Below are positions 18,971 to 29,062 of a DNA stretch of 64,000 nt, one piece after another. The notes beneath the pieces were generated by a model, which worked only from the letters and a program-made list of their open reading frames with translations, was not told the origin of the DNA and did not search any database. The DNA lies in the NCBI GenBank assembly GCA_963828735.1, contig CAWHFW010000005.1, positions 2,496,001-2,560,000 on the forward strand, given 5' to 3'. The stretch's first letter is position 1; each line of letters starts with the position of its first letter. The position numbers were made by a program, and so were the translations under genes. The DNA comes from an uncultured Gemmatimonadales bacterium (GTDB taxonomy: Bacteria; Gemmatimonadota; Gemmatimonadetes; Gemmatimonadales; GWC2-71-9).

Positions 18971-19403
18971 TCACCTGCCCAGGAAGAGCTCTTTGGCCAT
19001 CGTCGCGGCCGGCTCGGCCGCCAGGTTGTGGGTCTGCCCCTCGAGCTAACGAAGCCGGGGATCGCCCCGCTCGTCGGCGCGGACCAGTTCGCAAAGGGCA
19101 GCGACGTGCTGACTCGGCGTCTTCCCGCTTGCCGTCGTCGGTACACGCCGCTTCGTACATGGCCACCTTCTTGAAGCCGAGCCCGCCACTTACGCCTGCT
19201 CGCCTCGGCGACGGCAAAAGTGTACAGGATTGTAGAGACAGGGAACAGTACGGGGATTGGTACCGACTCGACCCGATCATCTCGAGGCCGCCGGGCTCTC
19301 CCGTGGGCTCGGGTTCCCCGCGCGGCCCTAGAGTGCGTGTTCAAGGCGCTGCTGATCCTGAGGTCGGAGAGTCGGCTCAGTCCTTCTCTCCGACCGCCGC
19401 CGC

Positions 19404-20174
19404 CTACCCCACCGCCCGCAGCGGCTGCTCGCCGGTAGCGCCTTCCAGCGATTCCGTTCTCACCACGATCGCCGTGATGTTGTCCCGCCCGCCCCGGCGG
19501 TTCGCCTCCGTGATCATCCGGTCCACCCAGCGCTGCGGTTCACCATCCGAGCTCAGGATCCGGATGAGCTCCTCGTCCTCCAGCATCCCCGTCAGTCCGT
19601 CCGACGCCAGCAGGATGATGTCCCCTTGCTCCAACGAACCGAGGTAGATGTCCGGCACCACCTCGCCGCTCCCGCCGACGCAGCGGGTGATGATGCTGCC
19701 GGACGGATGGCCCCGGGCCTGGTCAGGCGTGAGCAGCCCCGCGTCCACCAGCTCCTGAACGTAGGAATGGTCCTTGGTGAGCTGGAGAAACTGCCCGTCG
19801 CGGAGAAGATACGCTCGACTGTCACCCACCTGCCCGATGAGATAGCGGCCCCCGAGCAGGACCAGCACGGTGGCCGTCGTCCCCATTCCCTGCTGGTGGT
19901 GCTCCGACAGGGCGCGCTCGAAGATCGCGTCGTTGGCGGCCCGGATCGCCGCTCGCATCCGATCGCTCGCCTCCTCGTCCGACATCCCGCGGAGCGAGCC
20001 GATGGCGCGGGACGTGATCCGCACCGCCATCTCGCTGGCGACTTCCCCGGCCGCATGCCCCCCCATTCCGTCCGCGACGATGAAGATCCCGCGCTCGGAG
20101 TGCATGAGGTAGCTGTCTTCGTTGCCCGACCTGACGATCCCGACGTCGGTGCGGGCGGCGCAGGTGAAGTGCAC
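19404..20174 (-). CDS. PP2C-type Ser/Thr phosphatase (Stp1/PrpC family)
   Basis: RSGNED, VADGMGG, GMGTT, VGDSR, SDGL, GGRDN. Confidence 0.93.
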   Translation of the reverse strand: MHFTCAARTDVGIVRSGNEDSYLMHSERGIFIVADGMGGHAAGEVASEMAVRITSRAIGSLRGMSDEEASDRMRAAIRAANDAIFERALSEHHQQGMGTTATVLVLLGGRYLIGQVGDSRAYLLRDGQFLQLTKDHSYVQELVDAGLLTPDQARGHPSGSIITRCVGGSGEVVPDIYLGSLEQGDIILLASDGLTGMLEDEELIRILSSDGEPQRWVDRMITEANRRGGRDNITAIVVRTESLEGATGEQPLRAVG

Positions 20175-20265
20175 GGTGCCTCGTCGGCTCCAGGTCAGTA
20201 AGCAGGGCGGGCGACCGCCTCGTCGCGGGCGTCACGGTGCGGGGTCTTTCCGCGCCGCTCGCTGC

Positions 20266-20356
20266 TGTCATCCTGAGGAAACGCAGTGACCGACGGATTC
20301 ACTCGACCGAGCACCGAGCTTGGTCCGCCCAGGTCTTCGCTTCGCTCAGGATGACA
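20266..20356. repeat. REP/REPIN-like palindromic element
   Basis: TGTCATCCTGAG...CTCAGGATGACA terminal inverted repeats with internal CTTCGCTTCG; intergenic. Confidence 0.7.
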
Positions 20357-20398
20357 AAGGTCGCAGGGTGCACTGTGAGGCATCCTGCGACCCACAGT

Positions 20399-21226
20399 TC
20401 ACCGGATCTCCTGCGGCTCTCCGTAGAGGAAATCGTCCATCACGACGAGATCGAGGTTGCCGCCGTCACTGAGATCCTGGACGTCCGCGCCGAGCGCCCG
20501 CTGGCCCGACGTGATCCGGACCTGCGCCACGATCGGCGACTCGAACACGACTCCGACGAAGGAAAATCCGGCCGGATCGCTCCGGACCGGCGCGTTGTAC
20601 CGGCCCAGGCTCCGGCCCTCGGCGTCGAGAAGCGTGATGGACGCCGCCCCCACTCGCTCGACATCGGAGAACACCAGCCCGAACCCGCGCGTCGCCGCCG
20701 GAGTGTCGGAGCCAGGCACGCGGAAGGTAGTGGTCAGCGACGCGCTGCCGACCGGCATGAAGGTCTTCGGGGCGCTGAAGGCGTTGAAGTCGTCGGCGTA
20801 GTTCGGGTTGGTGTCAGCGAAATCGTTGTCGCTGTTGTGGAATCCGCTGCCATCGGTGGTGAAGATCGCACCAGCCTTCACCGTGGTGTTGAAGAAGTCG
20901 CCCGGCATGTCCGCCGGAGCGCCGTCCCATTTGATTTCGCGCCGGCCGGCTTGCAGAGGCCCTGGTGTGCCGCCGTTCGGTGGATCGCCGAGCGCGGCGC
21001 GGAACTCGGTGAGCGTCGCAGTGAGATCGCCCGTCGCAGTAAAGACCCGGAACTCGGACCGACCCACGGCCGCCGAGGTGGCATATCCTCCCGGCCTGGC
21101 AATCGCCGCGGTGTCCCCGTCCCCCGGGCCGGTCATGTTGGAGTTGCGGTCATATCCGCACGCCGTTGCTGCCAACGTCAGGACAACGATCCCGGCGCCG
21201 AGCAGGCCGCCAAACTTTCCAGCCAT
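20399..21226 (-). CDS. Putative lipoprotein
   Basis: GGAGGG RBS; hydrophobic signal ending ATAC; globular beta-rich body. Confidence 0.7.
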   Translation of the reverse strand: MAGKFGGLLGAGIVVLTLAATACGYDRNSNMTGPGDGDTAAIARPGGYATSAAVGRSEFRVFTATGDLTATLTEFRAALGDPPNGGTPGPLQAGRREIKWDGAPADMPGDFFNTTVKAGAIFTTDGSGFHNSDNDFADTNPNYADDFNAFSAPKTFMPVGSASLTTTFRVPGSDTPAATRGFGLVFSDVERVGAASITLLDAEGRSLGRYNAPVRSDPAGFSFVGVVFESPIVAQVRITSGQRALGADVQDLSDGGNLDLVVMDDFLYGEPQEIR

Positions 21227-21670
21227 GGTTCCCTCCCTGAGGTGAATAAGTCCCTGATGCCAAGCGTGTATCGCCAGCCGGCCAGTCAGACCCGTGGCCG
21301 CAGGCACAGCGTCCTTCGGTACCATGCGGCGCCAATATGGGAATGCCGCGGTCCGCGAACATCCGGCCTCGGTCCGGACTGGAGGCTCACGATCGCCGGA
21401 CGCGCGAGGGCGCCTAAGGCGGGGGTGGATCCCTGTCTGGAGTCGGAGGGCATGGCGATGTGCCGCCTAAGAGCCGTAGGTCGAGGTCTGTGGGTCCTAG
21501 CTCGTGGCTGGCAGGGTCTACGACCCGAGATCGACGACCTACGACTCGGCGGTGGGTATTGCGATCCAGGGCCCGAAGGGCTGCCGCGGCAACGAACGCG
21601 GGGCGCGTCGTCTACACGCTCGTATGGTGCCCAGCGCGCCCCCGTGTCTCGGGCCGACGTCGGAGAGGGT

Positions 21671-21889
21671 CGGCAAGCTTCGACGTCTGTGTGAGCAAAG
21701 GCGGGCAGAATCCAGCATTCAGCACAGCCAACTGCAGCATCGGGCGACACGAACTCGCGTGAATCGTTGCAGTTGCTGGAGTTTGGGCAGCTACTGCGTC
21801 CCCTCTGGATCAGGAGTGTCCTGGTTGACTTCAAAAGGTCGCCTTCGGCTCACCTGCGGTGGCCTTCGGCTCGAGGCCAGGAGGGGCAA
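21671..21889 (+). repeat. tRNA-Gln 3'-half att-like repeat, copy 7 (45-nt insert)
   Basis: CTCTGGA 21803-21809; AGGGGCAA 21882-21889; hairpin plus T-run 21893-21926. Confidence 0.9.
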
Positions 21890-22029
21890 CTGAAAGCTCT
21901 GCAACGGATTTTGTTGTGGAGCTTTTCTGTTTTTCAGCTGCCCTTGGTGTGTGCTCCGCTGTGGGTTCCTGACCCGTTGCTGTCACGCGAGCTCAAGCCC
22001 CGCGCCGAGGATGAGCACGCGCCTCTTGA

Positions 22030-22695
22030 TCACGCCATCGCCGGCTGCGGGACGAGGCGAAGGTAAGGCTTCAGCTGTTTCCAGCCGTTCGGATAGAGGG
22101 TCTTGGCCTCATCGTTCGACACCGAGGGCACGATGATGACGTCCTCGCCCGGCTGCCAGTTGACGGGAGTCGCGAGGCGGTGCTTGGCGGTGAGCCGCAT
22201 CGAGTCGATGACCCGAAGGATCTCGTCGAAGTTTCGGCCCGTGGTCATAGGGTACGAAATGGTGAGCTTGATCTTCTTGTCTGGCGCTATGACGTACACC
22301 GTACGGACGGTCTGGTTGTCGGCGGCAGTGCGAACGCTGGCGTCTCCTTCTGTCGCGGCGGGGAGCATGTCGTAGAGTTTCGAGACGGCCAGCGTCGGGT
22401 CGCCGATCATCGGGAAGTTCGGGGCGACGCCCTGCGTCTCCTCGATGTCTTTGGCCCAGCCCTCGTGCTTGTCGACGGGGTCGACGGAGAGGCCGATGAC
22501 CTTGACTCCGCGCTTGTCGAATTCGGGTTTGAGCTTCGCCACGTAGCCGAGCTCCGTCGTGCAGACCGGCGTGAAGTCTTTGGGGTGCGAGAACAGGATC
22601 CCCCAGGCGTCTCCGAGCCAGGCGTGAAACGAGATCGGCCCGTGGGTGGTGTCGGCGCGGAAGTCGGGGGCGGTGTCGGCGATTCTGAGGGACAT
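22030..22695 (-). CDS. 1-Cys peroxiredoxin (Prx6 family)
   Basis: FSHPKDFTPVCTTE; YPMTTGRNFDE. Confidence 0.95.
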   Translation of the reverse strand: MSLRIADTAPDFRADTTHGPISFHAWLGDAWGILFSHPKDFTPVCTTELGYVAKLKPEFDKRGVKVIGLSVDPVDKHEGWAKDIEETQGVAPNFPMIGDPTLAVSKLYDMLPAATEGDASVRTAADNQTVRTVYVIAPDKKIKLTISYPMTTGRNFDEILRVIDSMRLTAKHRLATPVNWQPGEDVIIVPSVSNDEAKTLYPNGWKQLKPYLRLVPQPAMA

Positions 22696-22828
22696 GGCTA
22701 TCTCCTTTTGGGTGTTGAGTCCGATTGCAAAGGGACGTTAACGACCGTACGTTCCCTGAGCGTTCCCCCAGTGCGCTCGGTCCGGTGACGCGGATTTGCG
22801 GGCGCGGGTGGCGCCTCAGGCAGGTACA

Positions 22829-24544
22829 ATGCGCGTCCAGATCCTCCTGCTCGGCCAGTTCCGTGTCAGCGTTGGCGACACCGTCATCCCCGCGGACGCC
22901 TGGCGCCGCGAGCGTGCCGCCGCTCTCGTGAAGCGCCTGGCGCTGCTCGCGCGACATCGTCTCCACCGCGAGCAGGCGATGGAACTGTTCTGGCCGGACC
23001 TGGACTCGGATGCCGCGGGTGCGAACCTGCGAAAGGCCATCCATTTCGCTCGGCGCTCACTGGGCGAGCACGACCTGCTCGAAGTGAACGGCGATATCGT
23101 CGCCCTCGCGCCGAGAGCCGAGCTCGTCATCGACACCGAGGAGTTCGACGCTGCCGCCAAGGCGGCACTCAGCGGCCAGGGTGGCAGCGAGTGCAAGCGA
23201 GCGGCGGACCTGTACGGCGGAGAGCTCCTACCCGACGACCGCTACGTGGAGTGGCTGGAGGAACCGCGGCAGCAGCTGCGGGAGCTCTACGCGCGAGTGC
23301 TCAAGACGGGCAAGCTGTGGGAGCGGCTGGTCACACTCGATCCGACCGACGAGCAAGCCCAATGCGCACTCATGCAGGCAGCGCTCGACGCCGGGAACCG
23401 CGCCGAAGCGATCCGGCTGTTTCAGCGCCTTCGGGAACTATTGCGCATCGAGCTCGGCGTGGGGCCGAGAGCCGCCACCATCGCGATCTACGAGCGCGCG
23501 CTCGCGATGTCGGGGGTCGCGCCCGTTAGTCCCGTCGATGGCATCCGCGCCTCTCTTGCCTGGGGGCTCGTTCATCTCCAAAGCGGTGATTTCGCGAAGG
23601 CCGAGAGCATCGCCAGGGAGACGCGCGACCTGGCTCTCGGGGCCGAGCTTGGGCGCGAGGTGGGAGAGGCCAGCGCGCTCCTCGGACTGGCCGCGCACAT
23701 GCGGGGCCAGTGGCGGGATCTATTCCTAACGGAATTCACGGAGTGGATTCGCGCCGCGCCGAAGTTCGCCTCGAACATGTTCGACGGACACCTGTGCTTG
23801 GCCCAGTTCTGTCTCTGTGGATCGAGCGGTCTCGAGGAGACGCGGAGCACTGCGCAGGAGCTGCTCTCGGTCGCGGAGCGCGAGGGCTCGGTCGCAGGGC
23901 GCGCGCTCGCGCTGGTGTGCCTGGGCGAGGCCGAGCTCTTCTCGGGCCGGCTCGATGAAGCCGAGCGGCTCCTGGATGAAGCCGAGCGCCTCCATGTCGA
24001 GAGTGGGACGGCCGCAGGGCGCGCGCTCGCTCTCGAGCGGCTGGCGGAGATCGCGCTCTTGCGTGGTCAGAAGTGGCGGGCAGGCCGCATTGTCCAGCGA
24101 GCGGAGCGTGTCGCCCAGACGAGCTGGCTAACGCCGCACCTCCTCATCCGTCTGAAGGGCCTTGCCGTGCAGACAGCATCGACCCCGGAAAAGGCCGCCA
24201 AAGTCATCCTGGAGGGCGATCGAGCGCTGGCGGGCGGGAGCAGCTGCCAACCTTGTTCGATGGGATTTCGTGCCGCGGCCGCGATAGCGCTCGCCGAGGC
24301 GGGCGAACTGGAACAGGTCGGCCGGCGGCTCGACGAAGCCGAGCGCCTGGCTGGCATGTGGAGCGGCGGCCCGTGGGTCGCGGCCCTGTGGGAGGCGCGT
24401 GGCGTGCAGCGCAGGGCCCAAGGCAGCGAAGAGCGAGCTCTGGCGGCTTTCAGCGAGGCGGCCGAACGGTTCGGGGAGCTGGGGCGGCCACTCGATGAAG
24501 CGCGCTGCCGGGGCCGGATGAAACTCGCTACCGCCGCCCACTGA
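22829..24544 (+). CDS. SARP/BTAD-domain transcriptional regulator with TPR-like C-terminus
   Basis: LLG.F.V, LHREQ..LFWPD, LYGGELLP, DPTDE..LM motifs. Confidence 0.8.
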   Translation: MRVQILLLGQFRVSVGDTVIPADAWRRERAAALVKRLALLARHRLHREQAMELFWPDLDSDAAGANLRKAIHFARRSLGEHDLLEVNGDIVALAPRAELVIDTEEFDAAAKAALSGQGGSECKRAADLYGGELLPDDRYVEWLEEPRQQLRELYARVLKTGKLWERLVTLDPTDEQAQCALMQAALDAGNRAEAIRLFQRLRELLRIELGVGPRAATIAIYERALAMSGVAPVSPVDGIRASLAWGLVHLQSGDFAKAESIARETRDLALGAELGREVGEASALLGLAAHMRGQWRDLFLTEFTEWIRAAPKFASNMFDGHLCLAQFCLCGSSGLEETRSTAQELLSVAEREGSVAGRALALVCLGEAELFSGRLDEAERLLDEAERLHVESGTAAGRALALERLAEIALLRGQKWRAGRIVQRAERVAQTSWLTPHLLIRLKGLAVQTASTPEKAAKVILEGDRALAGGSSCQPCSMGFRAAAAIALAEAGELEQVGRRLDEAERLAGMWSGGPWVAALWEARGVQRRAQGSEERALAAFSEAAERFGELGRPLDEARCRGRMKLATAAH

Positions 24545-24555
24545 AGGCGGAGTCG

Positions 24556-24668
24556 CGGGAATTGGGGTGGTTACAGCGGCCCCTCTGGATCAGGGGAGTC
24601 CTGGTTGACCTCAAAAGGTCGCCTTCGGCTCACCTGCGGTGGCCTTCGGCTCGAGCCAAGGGGGGCAA
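24556..24668 (+). repeat. tRNA-Gln 3'-half att-like repeat, copy 8 (leader truncated, 45-nt insert)
   Basis: CTCTGGA 24583-24589; ends GGGGGCAA at 24668; hairpin and (T/C)GCCGTAG direct repeats follow. Confidence 0.88.
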
Positions 24669-24821
24669 TGAAGCCCGGCAACGAATCAGCTGTTGCCGGG
24701 CATCGTCGATTGCCTACCTGCCGTAGTTCCGCCGTAGTTTCTCGCCCTTCAGCTCCCCACACTTCGCAGTTCGGGGAGCATCCATCACCCGGACCATCAG
24801 CACCTCATGGGTCTGCCGAGG

Positions 24822-25913
24822 TCAGAACGTGATCGACCGGATCCAGGCGGCGGAGGCGACGCTGGCGAGATTCAAATCGGGCAGCTTGGCCCGCAAGTCC
24901 TCCATGTTCTTGATCTGTTCTTTCAACAGGAAGGACTGGGTAACCAGGACACCGGGGAACACGACCTGCTTGCTGCCGAGTTGACCGGCCAACTGAAGGG
25001 CCAGCGTGCGGGTGACGGCGGCGCCGACCGCGCTCGGATCGGTGGTGGCGGTGGCCTTCCAGGGGCTGTCCTTCTTGGTCATCAGCTCGATGTCGGCGTT
25101 CGAGATGTCGATCCCATACGCGGCGACCTTCGATGCCCAGCTTGTTCTGTTCGATGGCTGAAACGGTGCCCTTGGTCAGCTCGTCGTAGGGAGCGAAGAC
25201 GGCCTTCACCCCGGGATGGGCCTTGAGCGCCTCGGCGGCGAGCCGCGCGTTGTCGGCCGCCACGGCGTGGCTGAACTTACCGACAGCGAACTTCTGGTCC
25301 CATTTGTGGTCGGCGACGAACTTCTTCCACACGACGTCGCGCCGCTCGAGCGGGGCGATGACGAACGGGTTCACATAGCCGACGGGGACACCGTCGCCGA
25401 TGTCCTTGGTCATCTGGGTGAGCACGAGGGTGGCGAGATCGGCGTCGTTCTGCGCGGTCTCGATGGCCTTGGGGGCACACTCGGCGACTTTGACGTCGTA
25501 CACCACGACGGCGATCCCGGCGTCGGTGGCCTGGTTGATCAGCGGGCACAGGGTGGCGGATCGACCATGGTCCACGATGATGCCGGCGACGCGGGACTCT
25601 ATCGCGGTTTTCATGTCGGCGGCCTGTCTGGCATCGTCGGCCCGCGCGTCGTAGAGCTGCATGCTGAAGCCGATCGCGTCGGCCTGCTGCTGTGGCGCCC
25701 TTGGTCCACAGCTCGAAGTAGTCACCGGCGCCGCTGTACTGGACCAGGGCGATCTTCACCGGCCCTTTGTCGAACGGACTCGGCTTCTCAGCCGTCGTCG
25801 GCAGCCGTATCGGTGCGAGCCGCACCCTGTTGATCGCGGTCGCGGTTCTGGGAGCAGGCCACGAGAAGGAGAGCAGTGCACAGCCCGAAGCTGGGAATCG
25901 TCTTGCTCCTCAT
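24822..25913 (-). pseudogene. Frameshifted sugar ABC substrate-binding lipoprotein (RbsB-like)
   Basis: Signal/lipobox LVAC, KIALVQYSG, GIIVD, VFAPYD, ATATTDP are spread over several frames (shifts near 25800, 25697, 25135). Confidence 0.75.
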
Positions 25914-25973
25914 TTGATCCCCCTTTCCGATGATCTGGGGTCTGGTGAGGCAAGAACTCGTAAGTCGCTGGCG

Positions 25974-26049
25974 GTCCAAACTACGACATCCGGAGCGAGT
26001 AAACCACGGCAGAGTCCCATAATCGGACCCGGCAAAGCCCAGCATCGGG
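25974..26049 (+). repeat. Leader-only fragment of the att-like repeat
   Basis: CAAACTACGACAT..GAGCGAGTAAA..GGCAGAGTCC..CGGCAAAGCCCAGCATCGGG aligns with the leader; tRNA part absent. Confidence 0.65.
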
Positions 26050-26108
26050 GGAACGCCGAGACCGATCGGCTCGTTGTAGCTTCGCTATTGCAGCGGCGTC
26101 TCGCTCGT

Positions 26109-27062
26109 TCACTTGAGGAGTCCCCCGAAGCTGATGAACACGACGAATCGATTGCCCTCGAAGGTGGACCGGGCCCCCACGTCCCAGAGATACCGGGCCG
26201 TGATTGACCCGACGTAGGGCTCTTTGTACAGGCCGGTGTAGATCAGTTCCGGGCCCACGGTGTACAGGTGGTTCTTGCCGGGTGCCAGAGTAGCAGGGAA
26301 GTCGTTTCCACTATCCTCGCTGATCTTCCATTGACCTCCGTAAGCCACCCTGGCCTGGAGCTTGTCACCAAGGAGTTTCGCGCCCAACCCGCCCTCAACT
26401 GAGAGGATGTCCCCCGGCTTGAGGTCCTGGCCTTCCTTGTTGGTGTGGGTTTCGTAGGACACCAGCGCAGAAAGCTGATAGCGCTGGCCGGGGTCGAAGT
26501 AGAAGGTCGAGCCGCCGGACAGCTCGAAGGACCACATCCCAAGGCCCTTGTTCTCATTGCCGTTCGGTTCATAACTCCCGGTTGGAGCATAGAACCCGAA
26601 CCCGGCCATGTAGTCGGCCCGCGACGTGTGCCATCCCAGATTCACCGGCTGGACGTAGATGTCCGAAAGGCCGAGCGACGAGCTGGTAGCGAACCCGAGG
26701 CGGGGCACCTCCAGGGAGCTGGCGACCGCGGGCACGAGCAGCTGAAGTCCGTAGGTCCCGCCAAGCACCTTCCTGGGCGTCACGACCCAGGCGAAGAGCC
26801 CGAGCGAGCTCAGGGAAAGGTCGAAGGGCGTCGCGCTGCCATTGTGGTCTACGATGTTGTTTACGTCCCAATTCGCGTAGGTGAGTCCCAGAAGTACGGC
26901 CGGCGGTGGTTGGGTACCGGACTTGGAGCCCCAGGCCATCAAGGCGTGGGAGCCGGCGAGCTGCGCTTCCGACCGCCCGTGGCACAAGATGAGGAGAACG
27001 GCCATAGTGGCGCTGATACGCCGGCCCCGTCCCCGAAACCGACCCGACACTACGAAGGTCAT
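26109..27062 (-). CDS. SphA / phenol meta-pathway-type outer-membrane channel
   Basis: GLSDIYVQP..LGWH, YAPTGSY, alternating beta-strand pattern. Confidence 0.75.
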   Translation of the reverse strand: MTFVVSGRFRGRGRRISATMAVLLILCHGRSEAQLAGSHALMAWGSKSGTQPPPAVLLGLTYANWDVNNIVDHNGSATPFDLSLSSLGLFAWVVTPRKVLGGTYGLQLLVPAVASSLEVPRLGFATSSSLGLSDIYVQPVNLGWHTSRADYMAGFGFYAPTGSYEPNGNENKGLGMWSFELSGGSTFYFDPGQRYQLSALVSYETHTNKEGQDLKPGDILSVEGGLGAKLLGDKLQARVAYGGQWKISEDSGNDFPATLAPGKNHLYTVGPELIYTGLYKEPYVGSITARYLWDVGARSTFEGNRFVVFISFGGLLK

Positions 27063-27263
27063 GACCCTCTCGAAGTTGAGCTTTCCTTACGAGCTTGAAG
27101 CCCCCTTTCGACGCTTGCCAGTGCACCTTGGTTGATGTTTGAGTGGCTCCGTTTGAATGGCCCGCGCCAGGGTACTCCGTGGTTCTAAGATGGACTGCGG
27201 GTGGACAGGGAAGTTCGAGCGACTGAGTGGGAGATGCCCAGGTGACAAGCCTGGGCATCTCTT

Positions 27264-27307
27264 TCACCTGTCGGCCTCAGGCGTGAGCCCAGGAGGTCGA
27301 CTCGAAG
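27264..27307 (+). repeat. Highly degenerate copy of insert + tRNA 3' end
   Basis: TCACCTG..GGCCTCAGGC..GAGCCCAGGAGGTCGACTCGAAG versus consensus TCACCTGCGGTGGCCTTCGGCTCGAGCCCAGGAGGGGCAACTCGAAG. Confidence 0.5.
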
Positions 27308-27385
27308 GCTCGGTGGCGCTCACCGATGTCGGGCCCTCTGGTCTTCACGCCAGCCGCTGAAGTCCTGATGCTGCGGCGGCACCAT

Positions 27386-28594
27386 CTAGCGCAGCGACCG
27401 GAGCCCGACGCGAATTTCTTCCGAAAGCAGTTTGGGCTGCTCCCACGCCGCGAAATGTCCGCCTTTGTCGAGCTTGTTGTAATGGATGAGCTTGGGGTAC
27501 GCCAGTTCGGTCCAACTCCGCGGAGCTGGATAGAGCTCGTCTGGAAAGACGCTCACGGCAACCGGGATGGAGACGCCTTTGGCATTGAAATACCCTTTGC
27601 CAAAATACTCCCAATAGAGACGGGCACCGGAGAGCGCCGTGTTCGTCAACCAGGTGATCGTGATGTTGTCGAGGATGTCGTCGCGCGTGAGGCCCTCCGG
27701 CTGTCCGTCAAAGACGCGCGCGATGAGCTCATAGCTGCGGGCGTCGTGATCAAGGAAATACGCCGCCAGGCCGACCGGTGAGTCCGCGATTCCGTATAAT
27801 GTTTGCGGTCGCAGACCCATCTGGAACCCGTAGGCGATTCCCTTTTGGTAAACGAACTGCAGACGGTCGTAGGCGAGCTTCTCGTCGGCTGAGAGCCCCG
27901 ATGGCGCCGGGGCGCCGGAAAAGGCCGCCCCATCAATGTCGGCTGGAAAGATGCCGGGCATGTTGCTGTGAATGCCGAGCAACTCCGGAGGCGCCTGCAA
28001 GCCCATCAGGTCCGTGATGACCGCTCCCCAATCGCCGCCTTGCGCCACAAATCTCGTGTAGCCGAGGCGCGTCATCAGCTCGACCCAGGCACGCGCGATG
28101 TGAGGGGGATCCCAGCCGGTGGTGGTCGGCTTGCCGGAATACCCGTAGCCCGGTATTGAGGGGATCACCAGGTGAAAAGCATCCGACGCGCTCGCCCCAT
28201 GTGCCGTGGGATTGGTCAATGGATCGATAATCTTTAACTGCTCGACGATCGATCCGGGCCATCCGTGTGTGACGATGAGCGGCAACGCATTCTCATGCTT
28301 CGAACGCACGTGAATGAAATGAATGTCCAGGCCATCGATCGTCGTGATGAAGTGCGGGAGGGCCTTGAGTCTCGCCTCGCACTTGCGCCAATCGTATTCC
28401 TTCGCCCAGTAGCGAGCGAGGGCCTGAATCGTCGCGAGCTGTACGCCCTGGGACTGATCTGCGACGGTCTCCTTTTCGGGCCAGCGCGTGGCCGCGATGC
28501 GCGCGCGCAACGCTTCCAGTTCCGCGTCGGGGGTCTCGATCTTGAACGGTCGGATCGCTATGGCAGCCGGTGGCTTTGCAGTCGCGACAGACAT
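27386..28594 (-). CDS. Epoxide hydrolase (EHN + alpha/beta hydrolase)
   Basis: HGWPGS, QGGDWG, GGHFAAWEQP. Confidence 0.93.
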   Translation of the reverse strand: MSVATAKPPAAIAIRPFKIETPDAELEALRARIAATRWPEKETVADQSQGVQLATIQALARYWAKEYDWRKCEARLKALPHFITTIDGLDIHFIHVRSKHENALPLIVTHGWPGSIVEQLKIIDPLTNPTAHGASASDAFHLVIPSIPGYGYSGKPTTTGWDPPHIARAWVELMTRLGYTRFVAQGGDWGAVITDLMGLQAPPELLGIHSNMPGIFPADIDGAAFSGAPAPSGLSADEKLAYDRLQFVYQKGIAYGFQMGLRPQTLYGIADSPVGLAAYFLDHDARSYELIARVFDGQPEGLTRDDILDNITITWLTNTALSGARLYWEYFGKGYFNAKGVSIPVAVSVFPDELYPAPRSWTELAYPKLIHYNKLDKGGHFAAWEQPKLLSEEIRVGLRSLR

Positions 28595-29062
28595 GGGGTT
28601 CCTTTCTCCGGGGGTGACGGCACCACTGTTCTCGTCTACACGTCGCGCCCGTCGAAGGTCCTGGGTGGCAAAAAGGAAGACCGCCGAGCTGACCTTCACG
28701 TAGCTCGGCGGTCTTGGGGCCTTCGTGACGGTCTAAGACTTCGGCGTCGCGAGGGAGGCGAGGACCCGTGGCTTTGCGACCCCGGCTTTAGCCGGGTGTG
28801 CATGGATCGTTTAGTAAGCAGATCGAACGTAGGCTTGGGGATCGGAGCGGTCAATGGCGGTAAGGCTGCCCATCTGTAACGCACTCGTATCCGAACTGCT
28901 CCGGCGGCGATGGCGATGATGATGTGCCTGGATCTGGTTTCCCCGCGTCATCGCCATCGCGCTGGACGAGTATCTCTCCCGGCCGGCTGTCGGCGCTCGA
29001 ATTGTGATCTGACCCTGCTCGCTCCGCAGCGCGTCCCCTGACCGCCCTGAGCCCCGACCCCT

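Noticed and set aside
52..24668. Repeats as a CRISPR array
   Set aside because: Units are ~200 bp, separated by kilobases of genes, and no cas genes are present.
101..24832. Recurring short ORFs such as QRPLWIRRVLV.., VNQDSPDPEGPL and MRSTRTLLIQRGR
   Set aside because: They are translations of the DNA repeat in different frames with inconsistent starts and stops.
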